Below are positions 19,796 to 30,085 of a stretch of 64,000 nt of DNA, one piece after another. Source of the stretch: Leptospirales bacterium (lineage in GTDB: Bacteria; Spirochaetota; Leptospiria; Turneriellales; JAOUFE01); NCBI GenBank assembly GCA_040326155.1, contig JBEQLE010000015.1:1-64000 (forward strand), in the 5' to 3' direction. The position numbers and the translations under genes are program-made. Under the pieces are notes generated by a model. The model searched no databases and was not told the origin of the DNA. It worked only from the letters and a program-made list of their open reading frames with translations. Positions within the stretch are counted from its first letter, which is position 1; each line of letters begins with the position of its first letter.

Positions 19796-20200
19796 ATGGT
19801 AAGGTATATATTTTTATTAACTGTGTTTCTCGCCTCACAGAGCGTAACCGGACTTGAGGTATGCCGTAAGAGTTGTACACATGAGCATAAACAAAAAGTA
19901 TCCGTTCCAGATTGCCATAAATCTACATCTGTAAATTCAGAAAACGTTTTAAACACCAATTGTGACTCAATGAGTCGTTGCTACCTCAATGGAGAAACGG
20001 AACAAAACTTGTTGGGTGCAATTGAAAATGTAGAACCACAAAAACCGACAAATTCTATTCTATATGCCACACTTATGCACTTGAAAGATTATTTTCCTTC
20101 AACGCAAGAGAATACATTTCTTGGGGCTATCCGAGATGGACCCTCAACGGGTTTATGGCTTCGCCCAGTTTACCTTTTAAAAAATTCCTTTATAATTTGA
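19796..20200 (+). CDS. Small exported Cys/His-rich protein upstream of the metal efflux operon
   Basis: Signal-like N-terminus, CRKSCTHEH, DCH, CDSMSRC; C-terminal RDGPS...PVYLLKNSFII. Confidence 0.65.
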   Translation: MVRYIFLLTVFLASQSVTGLEVCRKSCTHEHKQKVSVPDCHKSTSVNSENVLNTNCDSMSRCYLNGETEQNLLGAIENVEPQKPTNSILYATLMHLKDYFPSTQENTFLGAIRDGPSTGLWLRPVYLLKNSFII

Positions 20201-20269
20201 ACCTTCTATTGATTTCAATAATTAACATTTCTTAAATGAAATTGTTATTCTGTTTCAATGGAGGTAAAC

Positions 20270-21688
20270 ATGTATTATATATCTAAATCTATTCTAAAAT
20301 TTTCGCGTAGCTTCGCAGCGGTACTGATTTTTGTTTTGACCGCATCTGTTTCTTATAGCCAGTCGGCTAAGCAGAATAAAGTAAATAGCAACGCGAATAA
20401 AAAACACTTAACTCTGAATGACTATATTGAGAGCGCATTATATTCTAATCCAACAATTATCGGAGCAAGCGAGAGTCGAAACCGGTATAAAAACTTATAT
20501 GAAAAAGAAAAAGCGTTACCGGATAATCCAGTTTTCTCGGCGTCATACCAAAATGTACCCTTAAACACTTTTCCTGCTTTAGACCAAAGTCAGATGTCCA
20601 GTGTAACACTCAGTCTAAGCCAGAAAATACCAACGATGGGCGAAGCGAAGTATAGAAACCAGATGGCGTACTGGAGTTACATTGGCGAATTTTATCAATA
20701 CTGGGAAATTCGAAATCGAATTGTTTTAAAAGTAAAGCTTTTATACCACGATTTACATTTTCTCTATCAGAAAAAAAATATTTTACGTCAAAGTGAAACC
20801 GCGTTATTGAACATTGTATCGGTCGCCAGGGCTATGGTATCTGTAAATAAAATGAATAGTTCTCATTTACTGAAACTCGAAGCCGATTTGTCGGTGTTAA
20901 AAAACAAGCTTCTGGAGCTTGAGGCTCAGATCGTATCGGCCGGAGCAAAGCTCGAAGAACTCACAGGTTTAAAACGACCGGTGTATAAACACCGAACCAA
21001 TCAAACCAGCGTATGGATGAGATCGGCAGACCTCGTGGAATTACCCAAAGGATTTAATTATCGAAATCACCCTTTGTACCTTGGAATGGAGGCAGCGTTA
21101 CTTAGAGAAGATGCTGTGACGGGGCATGCAAAGTCGAAAGCTTTGCCGGGGGTAACGGTGACGGCGTCTTATTCTGTTCGGTCGGAAATTCAAGGGGTGA
21201 GCCCCGGAGATGACTTCATTTCGTTTAAAGTATCTACACCTATTCCACTTTATTATGCGGCAAAAGAAAAGAAGGATGTAAAAGCTTCGCAAAATCAACG
21301 AGAAGTAATACGTAACAAAAAAAATGAAATTGAACTTGCTCTTATCAATGGATGGAAAGGGGAGTCCGAAAAAGCAAAGCATCTACTCGCAGCCTATAAG
21401 GGGTACCAACAAGATGTAATACCACGATATTTTGCTTCGTATAACGCCCTGCTGGGGTCTCTTTCTGCCGGCACGGTTACTTTGCTCGACGTACTTGATT
21501 CTTATCGTTTATATTTAGCATCCGTAATTTCTCAGGCAGAACTTTTTAGAAATTTGCGTTATTCGACATCGATTATGGAATACTATTTAGCGGTCGCTCC
21601 GCAGCGAGATACAAAACATGACCCGAAAAATAAAACAGATGTAGAACCAAAAAATGAAAACGAAAATAACAAAGGAAATTCAAAATGA
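20270..21688 (+). CDS. TolC/CusC-family outer-membrane efflux protein
   Basis: Signal peptide, ALYSNPTI, LSLSQKIP and helical TolC repeats; GGAGG RBS before ATG 20270; first gene of the RND triad. Confidence 0.85.
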   Translation: MYYISKSILKFSRSFAAVLIFVLTASVSYSQSAKQNKVNSNANKKHLTLNDYIESALYSNPTIIGASESRNRYKNLYEKEKALPDNPVFSASYQNVPLNTFPALDQSQMSSVTLSLSQKIPTMGEAKYRNQMAYWSYIGEFYQYWEIRNRIVLKVKLLYHDLHFLYQKKNILRQSETALLNIVSVARAMVSVNKMNSSHLLKLEADLSVLKNKLLELEAQIVSAGAKLEELTGLKRPVYKHRTNQTSVWMRSADLVELPKGFNYRNHPLYLGMEAALLREDAVTGHAKSKALPGVTVTASYSVRSEIQGVSPGDDFISFKVSTPIPLYYAAKEKKDVKASQNQREVIRNKKNEIELALINGWKGESEKAKHLLAAYKGYQQDVIPRYFASYNALLGSLSAGTVTLLDVLDSYRLYLASVISQAELFRNLRYSTSIMEYYLAVAPQRDTKHDPKNKTDVEPKNENENNKGNSK

Positions 21689-23061
21689 TCTCTATAATGA
21701 AATTAAAAGAAAATAAAATTCGTAAAAACTTATTTATGTTTTTTATAGTTTCGATGTTTGCTGTATTGTCTTCGCTTCAGTGTGAACAAAATGACAAAGT
21801 TTCGCCCGATGTTGGTTATTACACATGCGCCATGCATCCTCAAGTTCTTGAACAAGAACCCGGAAATTGCCCAATTTGTGGAATGGAGTTAACATATCGC
21901 AACGTCAATGCTGAACACGAAGGACATGCACACAGCGATGAAAAATCTGTTGAAGGCGAACAAGACGAACATGGCGAACACAATAGCAAACAAAATGACA
22001 TGGATAAAATGGAAAACGAGCGAAAGAATTTTAAATTCTACGTTGCTGGGAATTTACTGGCGAATGCAAACATGCAAACAGCCTCCGTGGTACAAAAAAA
22101 AATTGTAAAACAATCTGCGTACAGCGCTCACATTGATTTTAATGAAGACCCGAATAAACTGGTAATTATCAGCACAAAATATGACGGTTGGGTCGAAAAA
22201 CTTTTCGTATCGAAAGAGGGGCAATGGATTAAAAAAGGACAGACTTTAGTCGGTGTTTACAGCCCACAGATATTGGCGGCGAAAGAAGAGTATCTTACAA
22301 CTTACAGCAGCATGAAAGCAATATATGCATCGCGGGAGAATCCTGAAGAGGCGTTATCCGCAGACCCAACATTGAATGCGGCTCGTAGAAAGCTTCGTTA
22401 CCTGGATGTTTCGGCCGGTCAGATAAAAAAAATAGAAACCACGGGTGAAGCAGGGCGTCTTACCTATTATCACTCTCCGATTGGCGGGTTAATAGTAAAA
22501 AAAGAGATTCTGCAAGGGGCCTATATAAAACCCGGACAGGAAATTTTTAGAATAGCGAACCTGGGGTCCGTCTGGGCTTTTATACATATTTTTGATAAAG
22601 ACCTTCGTTTTGTAAAGAAAGGACAAAAAGTGCGTTTACGAACTCTGGCTTACCCCGATCTGGAATTTACAGGCAAAATTGATCTTATTTATCCCTTCCT
22701 GGATAAAAATACAAAAGATATAAAAGTAAGAATTGTAATATCAAACCCCGGTTATCGTTTAAAACCGGGAATGTTTGCTGAAGTGGAAGTATTAACGAAA
22801 TTTCCGAAAGAAAAACTTACCATACCCGATTCAGCCGTAATTTATTCGGGTTCAGACAGCTATGTATTTGTTTCTTTAGGGGAAGGCCGTTTTGAGTTAC
22901 GAAAAATTAAAGTTAGTTTTATTTCGGGGAACGAAGCGATTCTTACTTCCGGGTTAAAAAAAGACGAACTTGTTGTTGTGAACGGTCAATTTCTGCTCGA
23001 TTCTGAGGCATCGTTAAAAGAAGCCATTTCGAAAGGGCAAGTCGGCGGGCATCAGCATTAA
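21685..23061 (+). CDS. cusB: CusB-like RND periplasmic adaptor with heavy-metal-binding domain
   Basis: YTCAMHPQV...PGNCPICGMEL, His-rich linker, GWVEKL, LKPGMFAEV, GQFLLDSEASL. Confidence 0.88.
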   Translation: MISIMKLKENKIRKNLFMFFIVSMFAVLSSLQCEQNDKVSPDVGYYTCAMHPQVLEQEPGNCPICGMELTYRNVNAEHEGHAHSDEKSVEGEQDEHGEHNSKQNDMDKMENERKNFKFYVAGNLLANANMQTASVVQKKIVKQSAYSAHIDFNEDPNKLVIISTKYDGWVEKLFVSKEGQWIKKGQTLVGVYSPQILAAKEEYLTTYSSMKAIYASRENPEEALSADPTLNAARRKLRYLDVSAGQIKKIETTGEAGRLTYYHSPIGGLIVKKEILQGAYIKPGQEIFRIANLGSVWAFIHIFDKDLRFVKKGQKVRLRTLAYPDLEFTGKIDLIYPFLDKNTKDIKVRIVISNPGYRLKPGMFAEVEVLTKFPKEKLTIPDSAVIYSGSDSYVFVSLGEGRFELRKIKVSFISGNEAILTSGLKKDELVVVNGQFLLDSEASLKEAISKGQVGGHQH

Positions 23062-23085
23062 CAGAAATTCCGAAGGGATGTAAAT

Positions 23086-26000
23086 ATGAAACGAATTATA
23101 CATGCAGTAATTGAAAATCGGCTTCTAGTAATTATTTTTGCCGTAGTGCTTCTTGTTTTGAGTCTTTGGTCGCTTACCAGAATGAGGTTGGACGCCATAC
23201 CTGATCTGTCAGATACACAGGTCATTATTCAGGCAAAGTATATGGGACAACCGCCCCAGGTTGTGGAAGACCAGGTGACGTATCCGCTTACAACGCGAAT
23301 GCTATCGGTACCGCAGGCTAAAACAGTAAGAGGTTATTCCTTTTTTGGTTTTTCACTTGTATATATACTTTTTGAAGATGGAACCGATTTGTATTGGGCG
23401 CGAAGCAGGGTACTCGAATATTTAAATTCAATGCAGGGTAAATTGCCGCAAAATGTTACATTAGAGCTTGGTCCCGATGCAACTTCCATTGGGTGGATTT
23501 ATGAATACGCAATTCGTGATAATTCTGGCAAACATACTCTGGCCGACATTCGCGATGTTCAAGACTTTATTTTACGATATGAATTAACATCTTTAGACGG
23601 CGTCTCCGAGGTAGCCTCGCTGGGTGGGTTCGAAAGGCAGTTTCAAGTCGAAGTGAACCCTGATCTTTTATACCAGTATGAGATAACAACTTCGCAGATA
23701 GAGACTGCGTTGAAAAAAAGTAATATGGAGATGGGGGCCAGACTTTTTGAACATGCCGAAACCGAATATATGGTTTTAATAAAAGGGTATATTGAAACGG
23801 TTGAAGAGATGAAAAAAATACCCATCAGGGTATCCAATGAAGGAAGTGTACTTCGTCTGGGGGATATCGCCCAGGTGAAAGAGGGGCCACAAATACGGCG
23901 CGGTATTGCAGACCTGGATGGAAAAGGCGAAGTGGTAGGCGGTATTGTCGTCATGCGCCAGGGCGAAGATGTGTTGAAAACCATCAGCGGAGTTAAAACG
24001 AAATTAGCCGAGTTACAAAAGTCACTTCCGGAAGGAATGGAAATTGTAACTACCTATGACAGATCGGTTTTAATAAACAAAGCAGTAGAAAATCTGGCAT
24101 GGAAGTTGATCGAAGAACTGCTCGTGGTTTCTATCATTACTTTTATTTTTCTGCTTCATGTTCGTTCTGCTTTGGTCGCGTTGATTGTATTGCCATTAGG
24201 GGTATTGGGTGCTTTTTTACTAATGAATATCTTTGGATACCCTGCTAACATAATGTCGATGGGAGGTATTGCCATAGCCATTGGCGTGATGGTCGATGCC
24301 AGCGTAGTTATGGTGGAAAATGTTCATAAACATATTGAACAGATGCGCGAACATAAACCTGATCTTGTTTCAGAAGACTATTGGCAAGCTTCCAAAGAGG
24401 CGGTAACAGAAGTTGCGGGCGGACTTTTCTGGTCCATGGTTATTATTGTTGTCAGTTTTTTTCCGGTTTTTGCGTTACCGGAACAATCCGGCAGACTTTT
24501 TATTCCACTGGCGTTAACAAAAACTTTTGCCATGAGTATGGCGGCCTTGCTCGCGGTTGTACTGATGCCGGTGCTGGTCGGTTATTTTATTCGAGGCAAA
24601 ATTCCCTCAGAAAAAACCCACCCCATCAGCAGGTTTTTAATCGGTATTTATAAACCGGTTATACATTGGGCTTTAGACCATAAACTTCAGTTGGTAAATA
24701 TTTCCATCGTTGTATTCATTTTTAGTTTAATTCCCATCTTTGGAATACCCAACCCTTTTGCGAAAGATTCGAAAGCAGGTCCTTTTGTAAAACCGATTGG
24801 TTCTGAATTTATGCCCCCGCTGGAAGAAGGCGATTTACTTTATATGCCTACCACCCTTCCTGGCTTATCCGTTTCAAAGGCACGGGAAATATTAATAAAA
24901 ACCGATGCGCTAATAAAAGAGATACCAGAGGTGAAACAAGTATTCGGAAAAATTGGCCGAGCAGATACAGCCACAGACCCGGCTCCACTAACCATGATCG
25001 AAACGACGGTTTTATTAAAAGATAAAAGTGAGTGGCGAGATGGTATGACTATCCACTCTATTAAACAAGAGCTTGAGAAACATGTTGTATTGCCTGGGTT
25101 GGTAAACCAATGGACTATGCCGATTAAAACTCGTATAGATATGCTCTCTACAGGAATTAAAAGCCCAATCGGTGTAAAAATAATGGGCAATGATATAGCG
25201 ACTTTACAGAGATTAGCAACCCAGCTAGAGGGGCCGCTCAAAAAAATCGATGGGGTGAAATCTGTTTTTGGTGAAAGAACACGCGGTGGAAATTACATTA
25301 TTTATGAAATAAACCGGGACAGGGCCGGCTATTATGGTCTGAATGTGGGCGATGTTCACGATGTAATGTCGACTGCGCTCGGAGGAAAAAAAGTAACGGA
25401 GATTATTAAAGGGCCTTACCGGTGGAGCGCTAATATTCGTTATATGCGATCTTATCGTGATTCTCTCGAAAAATTGAAAGAAATTTATATTCCACTTCCA
25501 AATGGAAAAGGGCAAATTCCGGTTTCTCTTATAGCGAAACTTAAAATAGAAAAAGGGCCGCCCATGATTAAAACTGAAAATTCCAGAAAAACGTCATGGC
25601 TTTATATCGATACGAAAGAGAGCGATATTGGCTCTATGGTTGATAAGGTTCGTGAAACAATAGATTCGATGATTATAAACCAGGAAATCTATTGGCCGCC
25701 GGGTTATAGCTACAAAATTAGCGGTCAGTATGAACAAATGAAAATCGCTTCAGATCGAATGAGGGTTTTAATTCCACTGGTTATTGTAATTATCTTTGTA
25801 ATCTTGTTTATCCACTTTAAAGATATTTCAAATCCACTCATTGTTATGGGCACCGCGCTTCTGTTTGCCCCTTTAGGCGGTCTATGGTTGATGTTTGTAA
25901 GCGGTTATGAGCGTTCCGTGGCTTCTGATGTTGGTTTTATCGCCTTAATTGGACTGGCCGCAGAAACAGGTGTTTTATTGCTTGTCTATCTGGAAAGCGC

Positions 26001-26304
26001 TCTGTCAAAACGAATAGATATTATGCAAAGCCCTGGAAACGAAATCGGAAAATTTGCAGCATTACGAGAAGCTGTAATCGAAGGTTCTGTTTTACGGGTC
26101 CGCCCCATAATGATGACAGTTATAACCACCATGGTGGGCCTCTTTCCTCTTTTTTGGGGGGATGAACCCGGCAACACAGCAATGAGAAGGATAGCAGCGC
26201 CAATGGTTGGCGGTTTACTGACATCAACTCTGGTGACTCTAGTGTTAATTCCGGTAATTTACGAATGGTTTCATAAAAGGAAGATATTAAAATCGAAAGT
26301 ATAA
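23086..26304 (+). CDS. cusA: CusA/SilA-type Cu(I)/Ag(I) RND efflux permease
   Basis: LDAIPDLSDTQVI, EDQVTYPL, DLYWARSRVLEYL, GVMVDAS, EFMPPLEEG, DPAPLTMIET, RIDMLSTG (Met triad region). Confidence 0.93.
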   Translation: MKRIIHAVIENRLLVIIFAVVLLVLSLWSLTRMRLDAIPDLSDTQVIIQAKYMGQPPQVVEDQVTYPLTTRMLSVPQAKTVRGYSFFGFSLVYILFEDGTDLYWARSRVLEYLNSMQGKLPQNVTLELGPDATSIGWIYEYAIRDNSGKHTLADIRDVQDFILRYELTSLDGVSEVASLGGFERQFQVEVNPDLLYQYEITTSQIETALKKSNMEMGARLFEHAETEYMVLIKGYIETVEEMKKIPIRVSNEGSVLRLGDIAQVKEGPQIRRGIADLDGKGEVVGGIVVMRQGEDVLKTISGVKTKLAELQKSLPEGMEIVTTYDRSVLINKAVENLAWKLIEELLVVSIITFIFLLHVRSALVALIVLPLGVLGAFLLMNIFGYPANIMSMGGIAIAIGVMVDASVVMVENVHKHIEQMREHKPDLVSEDYWQASKEAVTEVAGGLFWSMVIIVVSFFPVFALPEQSGRLFIPLALTKTFAMSMAALLAVVLMPVLVGYFIRGKIPSEKTHPISRFLIGIYKPVIHWALDHKLQLVNISIVVFIFSLIPIFGIPNPFAKDSKAGPFVKPIGSEFMPPLEEGDLLYMPTTLPGLSVSKAREILIKTDALIKEIPEVKQVFGKIGRADTATDPAPLTMIETTVLLKDKSEWRDGMTIHSIKQELEKHVVLPGLVNQWTMPIKTRIDMLSTGIKSPIGVKIMGNDIATLQRLATQLEGPLKKIDGVKSVFGERTRGGNYIIYEINRDRAGYYGLNVGDVHDVMSTALGGKKVTEIIKGPYRWSANIRYMRSYRDSLEKLKEIYIPLPNGKGQIPVSLIAKLKIEKGPPMIKTENSRKTSWLYIDTKESDIGSMVDKVRETIDSMIINQEIYWPPGYSYKISGQYEQMKIASDRMRVLIPLVIVIIFVILFIHFKDISNPLIVMGTALLFAPLGGLWLMFVSGYERSVASDVGFIALIGLAAETGVLLLVYLESALSKRIDIMQSPGNEIGKFAALREAVIEGSVLRVRPIMMTVITTMVGLFPLFWGDEPGNTAMRRIAAPMVGGLLTSTLVTLVLIPVIYEWFHKRKILKSKV

Positions 26305-26341
26305 AGAATTTTAAGGAAACAAATTTTAAGGAAGGTAAAAA

Positions 26342-26755
26342 ATGAAAAAAACAATAATTATGATGTTCAGTATAGTATTGTTGCTCAATGCCTGTGGCGA
26401 AAAAGAGGCATCAGGAAAGCATGCAAAACATGGTGAAAAAAAAGTAGAGGGCTGTGAAATAACACATCTAATTGCAGAGTTTAATGCAAAAGAGCAACCT
26501 GCCACACTAACGGTTATGGGAAATGTAATGGTACATACCAAAGCAGCGACCGTTGAATTTAAAGAAGCCGTTGCTCAGGGTACAAACGACACTATTTTAT
26601 TGATGTCGCTGAAAATAGTAGAAGCTGATGAACCGATGGAGCATGATAAAAAACATATTCATTATGTAAAAACCGACGGCGAATTGAAAAAATATAAAAA
26701 AGTACAGATTCAAGGGTATGATCATTGTATTGTTGACGTAAAAGACGTAGATTGA
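26342..26755 (+). CDS. His-containing lipoprotein, last gene of the cus operon
   Basis: MKKTII...LLNAC lipobox; GKHAKHG, MEHDKKH. Confidence 0.7.
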   Translation: MKKTIIMMFSIVLLLNACGEKEASGKHAKHGEKKVEGCEITHLIAEFNAKEQPATLTVMGNVMVHTKAATVEFKEAVAQGTNDTILLMSLKIVEADEPMEHDKKHIHYVKTDGELKKYKKVQIQGYDHCIVDVKDVD

Positions 26756-26793
26756 TTCGAAAATCTGTACAAGGTTGAATTAGTAGGTTGAAA

Positions 26794-26824
26794 TGTTATT
26801 TCGGATTAGCACTCCGAAATAACA
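26794..26824. terminator. 12-bp perfect hairpin after the cus operon
   Basis: TGTTATTTCGGA-TTAGCAC-TCCGAAATAACA. Confidence 0.55.
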
Positions 26825-26968
26825 AAATATTTTATAGTTTTTTCCAGATTTCTCGCTTTGCGATTGTTTCTATTCCAGGCCCTCAAGCCTTCACATTCTT
26901 ACAAAAAATAAAAAAAACTTGCCATTCAGAGTAACACTTATATTTGATTGTGACCAATGGAGGAACAG

Positions 26969-27355
26969 ATGAAATTTGGGACTAAATATATAATGATTAT
27001 AATGATCGGTCTGACTGGTTTATTTTTTATGTGCGGCGGTAATTCAGCTAAAGAATGGACAGATAAAATTGTCAGAGCCGATTGTGAAAAGACGGTGAGC
27101 TGTATGCACGAAAGCTTAAAAAGTGAAACTGGAGCATCGGTGCAACAAGCTGAACTTTTAAAACAAAGTATAGAAGAGTGTGTAACAGAAACTATAAAAG
27201 TAATGGGAATACAGGAAGAACGAACCTTAACCAGCGAAGAGATCGGTTTTGCAGAGAGTTGTCTCGATGAAATTGAGCAGGTAAATTGCAACAAAAGGGA
27301 TGTTGCCCCACATAGTGCTTGCAACAGCTTAGGCAAGGCTTTAGAAAATAAGTAA
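26969..27355 (+). CDS. Cys-rich hypothetical lipoprotein
   Basis: GGAGG RBS; LFFMC lipobox; six further Cys (probable disulfides). Confidence 0.7.
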   Translation: MKFGTKYIMIIMIGLTGLFFMCGGNSAKEWTDKIVRADCEKTVSCMHESLKSETGASVQQAELLKQSIEECVTETIKVMGIQEERTLTSEEIGFAESCLDEIEQVNCNKRDVAPHSACNSLGKALENK

Positions 27356-27892
27356 TTATAATTTAAGATGTTAAATAGCATCTTTTATAAAAGGTGCTAC
27401 TTCTTTATTCAGTCTCGAAATCGGTTTTTATTTTAAACAGTTCCTCTAGATGTTTCATTTCTACAGATAAAATCCAAAAAATCAACCCTTTTTCTCATAC
27501 TTAGGGCTGAAAAATGAATTATTGCTAATTTATTAGTTGTTAAGATACCTAATCCCTTGTCTAATAGTCATAGTCGCACCAATAAGCATGGACAACGACT
27601 TCTAACCCTGTGATTACGCATGCAAATACAGGGCTGAAAAACACAAAAGAAAACACAAAAGAAAAAACAAACTGGATTTTAGTCGTCGCTACGGTGGCGA
27701 CTGGAATCAATTTATATCTTCCTTATAGTCACTTTTAATACTTTGAACATTCGTTCGGTAAATATAGTAATTTTTTTCTGGCGGACGACGTCTTGTGTAT
27801 TTCAGGGACGTAAAGGTCTAAAATTCACTTGTACGTAGTTCGGAATGCCACCGAATTACACCCGGGTAGTTTTGTTTTAAGAAATAGTGGAC

Positions 27893-27931
27893 AAATACCT
27901 TGATGTGAAGTATCTTGATATCAAGGTATTT
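27893..27931. promoter_or_regulatory. Tandem MarR (MhqR-like) operators
   Basis: TACCTTGATGTGAAGTA and TATCTTGATATCAAGGTA immediately before the MarR start; the outer 12-mers AAATACCTTGAT/ATCAAGGTATTT are an exact inverted repeat. Confidence 0.7.
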
Positions 27932-27933
27932 AG

Positions 27934-28377
27934 GTGATAACAGGAATGAAAGTCTGGCTTTCTTTATGGAAGAGTTCAAAAGCAGTTGAAAGGTTTGCAC
28001 GTAAAGATATTGAAGATTCGGGGGTTTGCCTCTCCGATTTTGCTGTATTGGAACTATTAATGCATAAACATCGGATGCCTGTAAATACCATTGGAAAAAA
28101 AGTTTTTTTAACCAGTGGTTCTATTACATCGGCTATTGACAGATTGGAGCAAAAAGGGTTTGTTGAAAGAATTTTAAATTCTGAAGATCGACGAATTAAA
28201 GAGGTTTGTTTGACCCAAACGGGGAAAACCTTTATTGAACCAGTTTTTGAAAAACATGCAACATCTATGAATAAAGCAATGAAACATTTATCGAAAGATG
28301 AAAAGAAGATATTGGTAGAGTTATTGAGAAAAGTAAGAATAAAGGTAGAAACAGACAGCAGTGAAAATGCAGAGTAA
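27934..28377 (+). CDS. MarR-family regulator, MhqR-like
   Basis: DFAVLELLMHK...IGKKVFLTSGSITSAIDRLEQKGFVER...EDRR..LT winged helix. Confidence 0.9.
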   Translation: MITGMKVWLSLWKSSKAVERFARKDIEDSGVCLSDFAVLELLMHKHRMPVNTIGKKVFLTSGSITSAIDRLEQKGFVERILNSEDRRIKEVCLTQTGKTFIEPVFEKHATSMNKAMKHLSKDEKKILVELLRKVRIKVETDSSENAE

Positions 28378-28405
28378 GCAAGACGAAAATTTCAGGAGAT
28401 AACAA

Positions 28406-29245
28406 ATGGAAAAAAGTATAAAAAAAGTTACCGGGAGCTTCGAAGCTCAACAAACATCAGACGGGGCAGGGGTTAAACTGCTCAGAGCAATTGGAACAGA
28501 CAGTGTGAATTATGTCGATCCGTTTTTATTGTTAGACGAGTTTGCATCTGATAACCCGGGTGATTATATTGCAGGGTTTCCAGCCCACCCGCATAGGGGT
28601 TTTGAGACGGTAACGTACATGATCGAAGGAAAAATGAAGCATGAAGACTCCACCGGAGAAACAGGCATATTATCAAGCGGATCGGTCCAATGGATGAGCG
28701 CCGGAAAAGGTGTCGTCCATTCTGAAATGCCAATGCAGGAAGAAGGCGCTATGCGGGGGTTTCAGCTTTGGGTTAATTTACCCGCTACTCATAAAATGAT
28801 GGAACCTAGATATCAAAATATAGATGCTGATAAAATACCGCAAATTACACTCGAAGGTGGCGGTTATATTAAAGCCATAGCGGGCAAAGTAGAAGATATA
28901 CAAGGTCCGGTAAATGGTATTATTACAGACCCTACCTATCTTGATGTCTACCTGGCACCCTATCAAGAATATACACACACGGTAGAAGAAACCCACTCGG
29001 TGTTTGCCTACCCATTTGAAGGAGCAGTCGATTTCGGGTCTGGTCCGGTGCAAAGAGGACACGTGGTAACCTTTGCAGAAGGTGATACCATACGGACCCT
29101 TGCAGGTGAAGGCGGGGGACGCTATCTCTTTTTAACCGCAAAACCCATTTCAGAACCGATATTTCGCGGAGGGCCTTTTGTAATGAATACTCGTGAGCAG
29201 ATTATTCAGGCATTTTCCGATTACGAGACAGGTAAATTTACTTGA
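28406..29245 (+). CDS. Pirin-family bicupin
   Basis: DPFLLLDEF, HPHRGFETVTY, WMSAGKGVVHSE, FQLWVNLP, GPFVMNT. Confidence 0.95.
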   Translation: MEKSIKKVTGSFEAQQTSDGAGVKLLRAIGTDSVNYVDPFLLLDEFASDNPGDYIAGFPAHPHRGFETVTYMIEGKMKHEDSTGETGILSSGSVQWMSAGKGVVHSEMPMQEEGAMRGFQLWVNLPATHKMMEPRYQNIDADKIPQITLEGGGYIKAIAGKVEDIQGPVNGIITDPTYLDVYLAPYQEYTHTVEETHSVFAYPFEGAVDFGSGPVQRGHVVTFAEGDTIRTLAGEGGGRYLFLTAKPISEPIFRGGPFVMNTREQIIQAFSDYETGKFT

Positions 29246-29301
29246 GAAATTGGCAAGACAATGTGAAGACACTTTTTACTAAGGTTTGTTAAAGAGGTAA
29301 C

Positions 29302-29805
29302 ATGTATTCTTTAACCAGTCCATTAGTGCATCCATTTTATATCCATTTTCCAATCGCAATATCGTTTATATTGCCGTTTCTAATTGGATTTTTGTTTTAT
29401 TATGAAAGAACAAATGAACGCAAGGGTATCGACAATCCGTCCTCCGGTTTGTGGAGCCTTATTTTTATTTGTATCTTCATTAGTACCATATTCACAATCC
29501 TGGCGCTTGCCAGTGGCTCTGCCGCTGTTGATTATTTTCAAAGCAAGCTTGCCGAACAAAGTACAGAAATGAAAGCCATACAAGCACATGAAGAGATCGC
29601 TGAGCTTTTCGGTATGGTATCTTACGTGCTTTGCGGACTGTCTATTTTTGTTTTCATCTACAAAGGGAAACGAAGAAAACAATTGCTCTACGCAATTTTT
29701 GGGTTAGCGTTAGGTCAGTTTGCTATGGCTTTATACGCAGGCAAAACAGGCGGAGCTATTATTTACACCACCGGAGCCGCTGAATATTTAATGAACGCTT
29801 TTTGA
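29302..29805 (+). CDS. Membrane protein (DUF2231-like)
   Basis: HPFYIHFPIA motif, four TM segments, C-terminal GKTGGAIIY. Confidence 0.7.
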   Translation: MYSLTSPLVHPFYIHFPIAISFILPFLIGFLFYYERTNERKGIDNPSSGLWSLIFICIFISTIFTILALASGSAAVDYFQSKLAEQSTEMKAIQAHEEIAELFGMVSYVLCGLSIFVFIYKGKRRKQLLYAIFGLALGQFAMALYAGKTGGAIIYTTGAAEYLMNAF

Positions 29806-29818
29806 ATTTTATAGGGTC

Positions 29819-30067
29819 CTACTTGGCATTGACTTGAGCATTTTTCAGTAAGTCTCTTTCTAGACCCCAGATCGATTTAGTATCGAGTTTAGGATATCTT
29901 TTTACCAATGCCGCTATCACTTGATAGTCTCTTGATGCTCCTAAAATCGTATTTCTAAACCTCTGGTAGTCACGGTTGCTTTTAAAACCCAAATCGGCGC
30001 CTGCCGACTTTAAGAATCTGAATTGAAGTCGTATTGTAGATACCAACTTCTCGGGTGAATCAATCAT
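29819..30067 (-). CDS. Small putative DNA-binding protein (Ner/Cro-like)
   Basis: 82 aa, strong RBS AGAGGAGG, TTGACA at 30145-30140; divergent from XRE repressors. Confidence 0.6.
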   Translation of the reverse strand: MIDSPEKLVSTIRLQFRFLKSAGADLGFKSNRDYQRFRNTILGASRDYQVIAALVKRYPKLDTKSIWGLERDLLKNAQVNAK

Positions 30068-30085
30068 GGAGCCTCCTCTTTCTAA

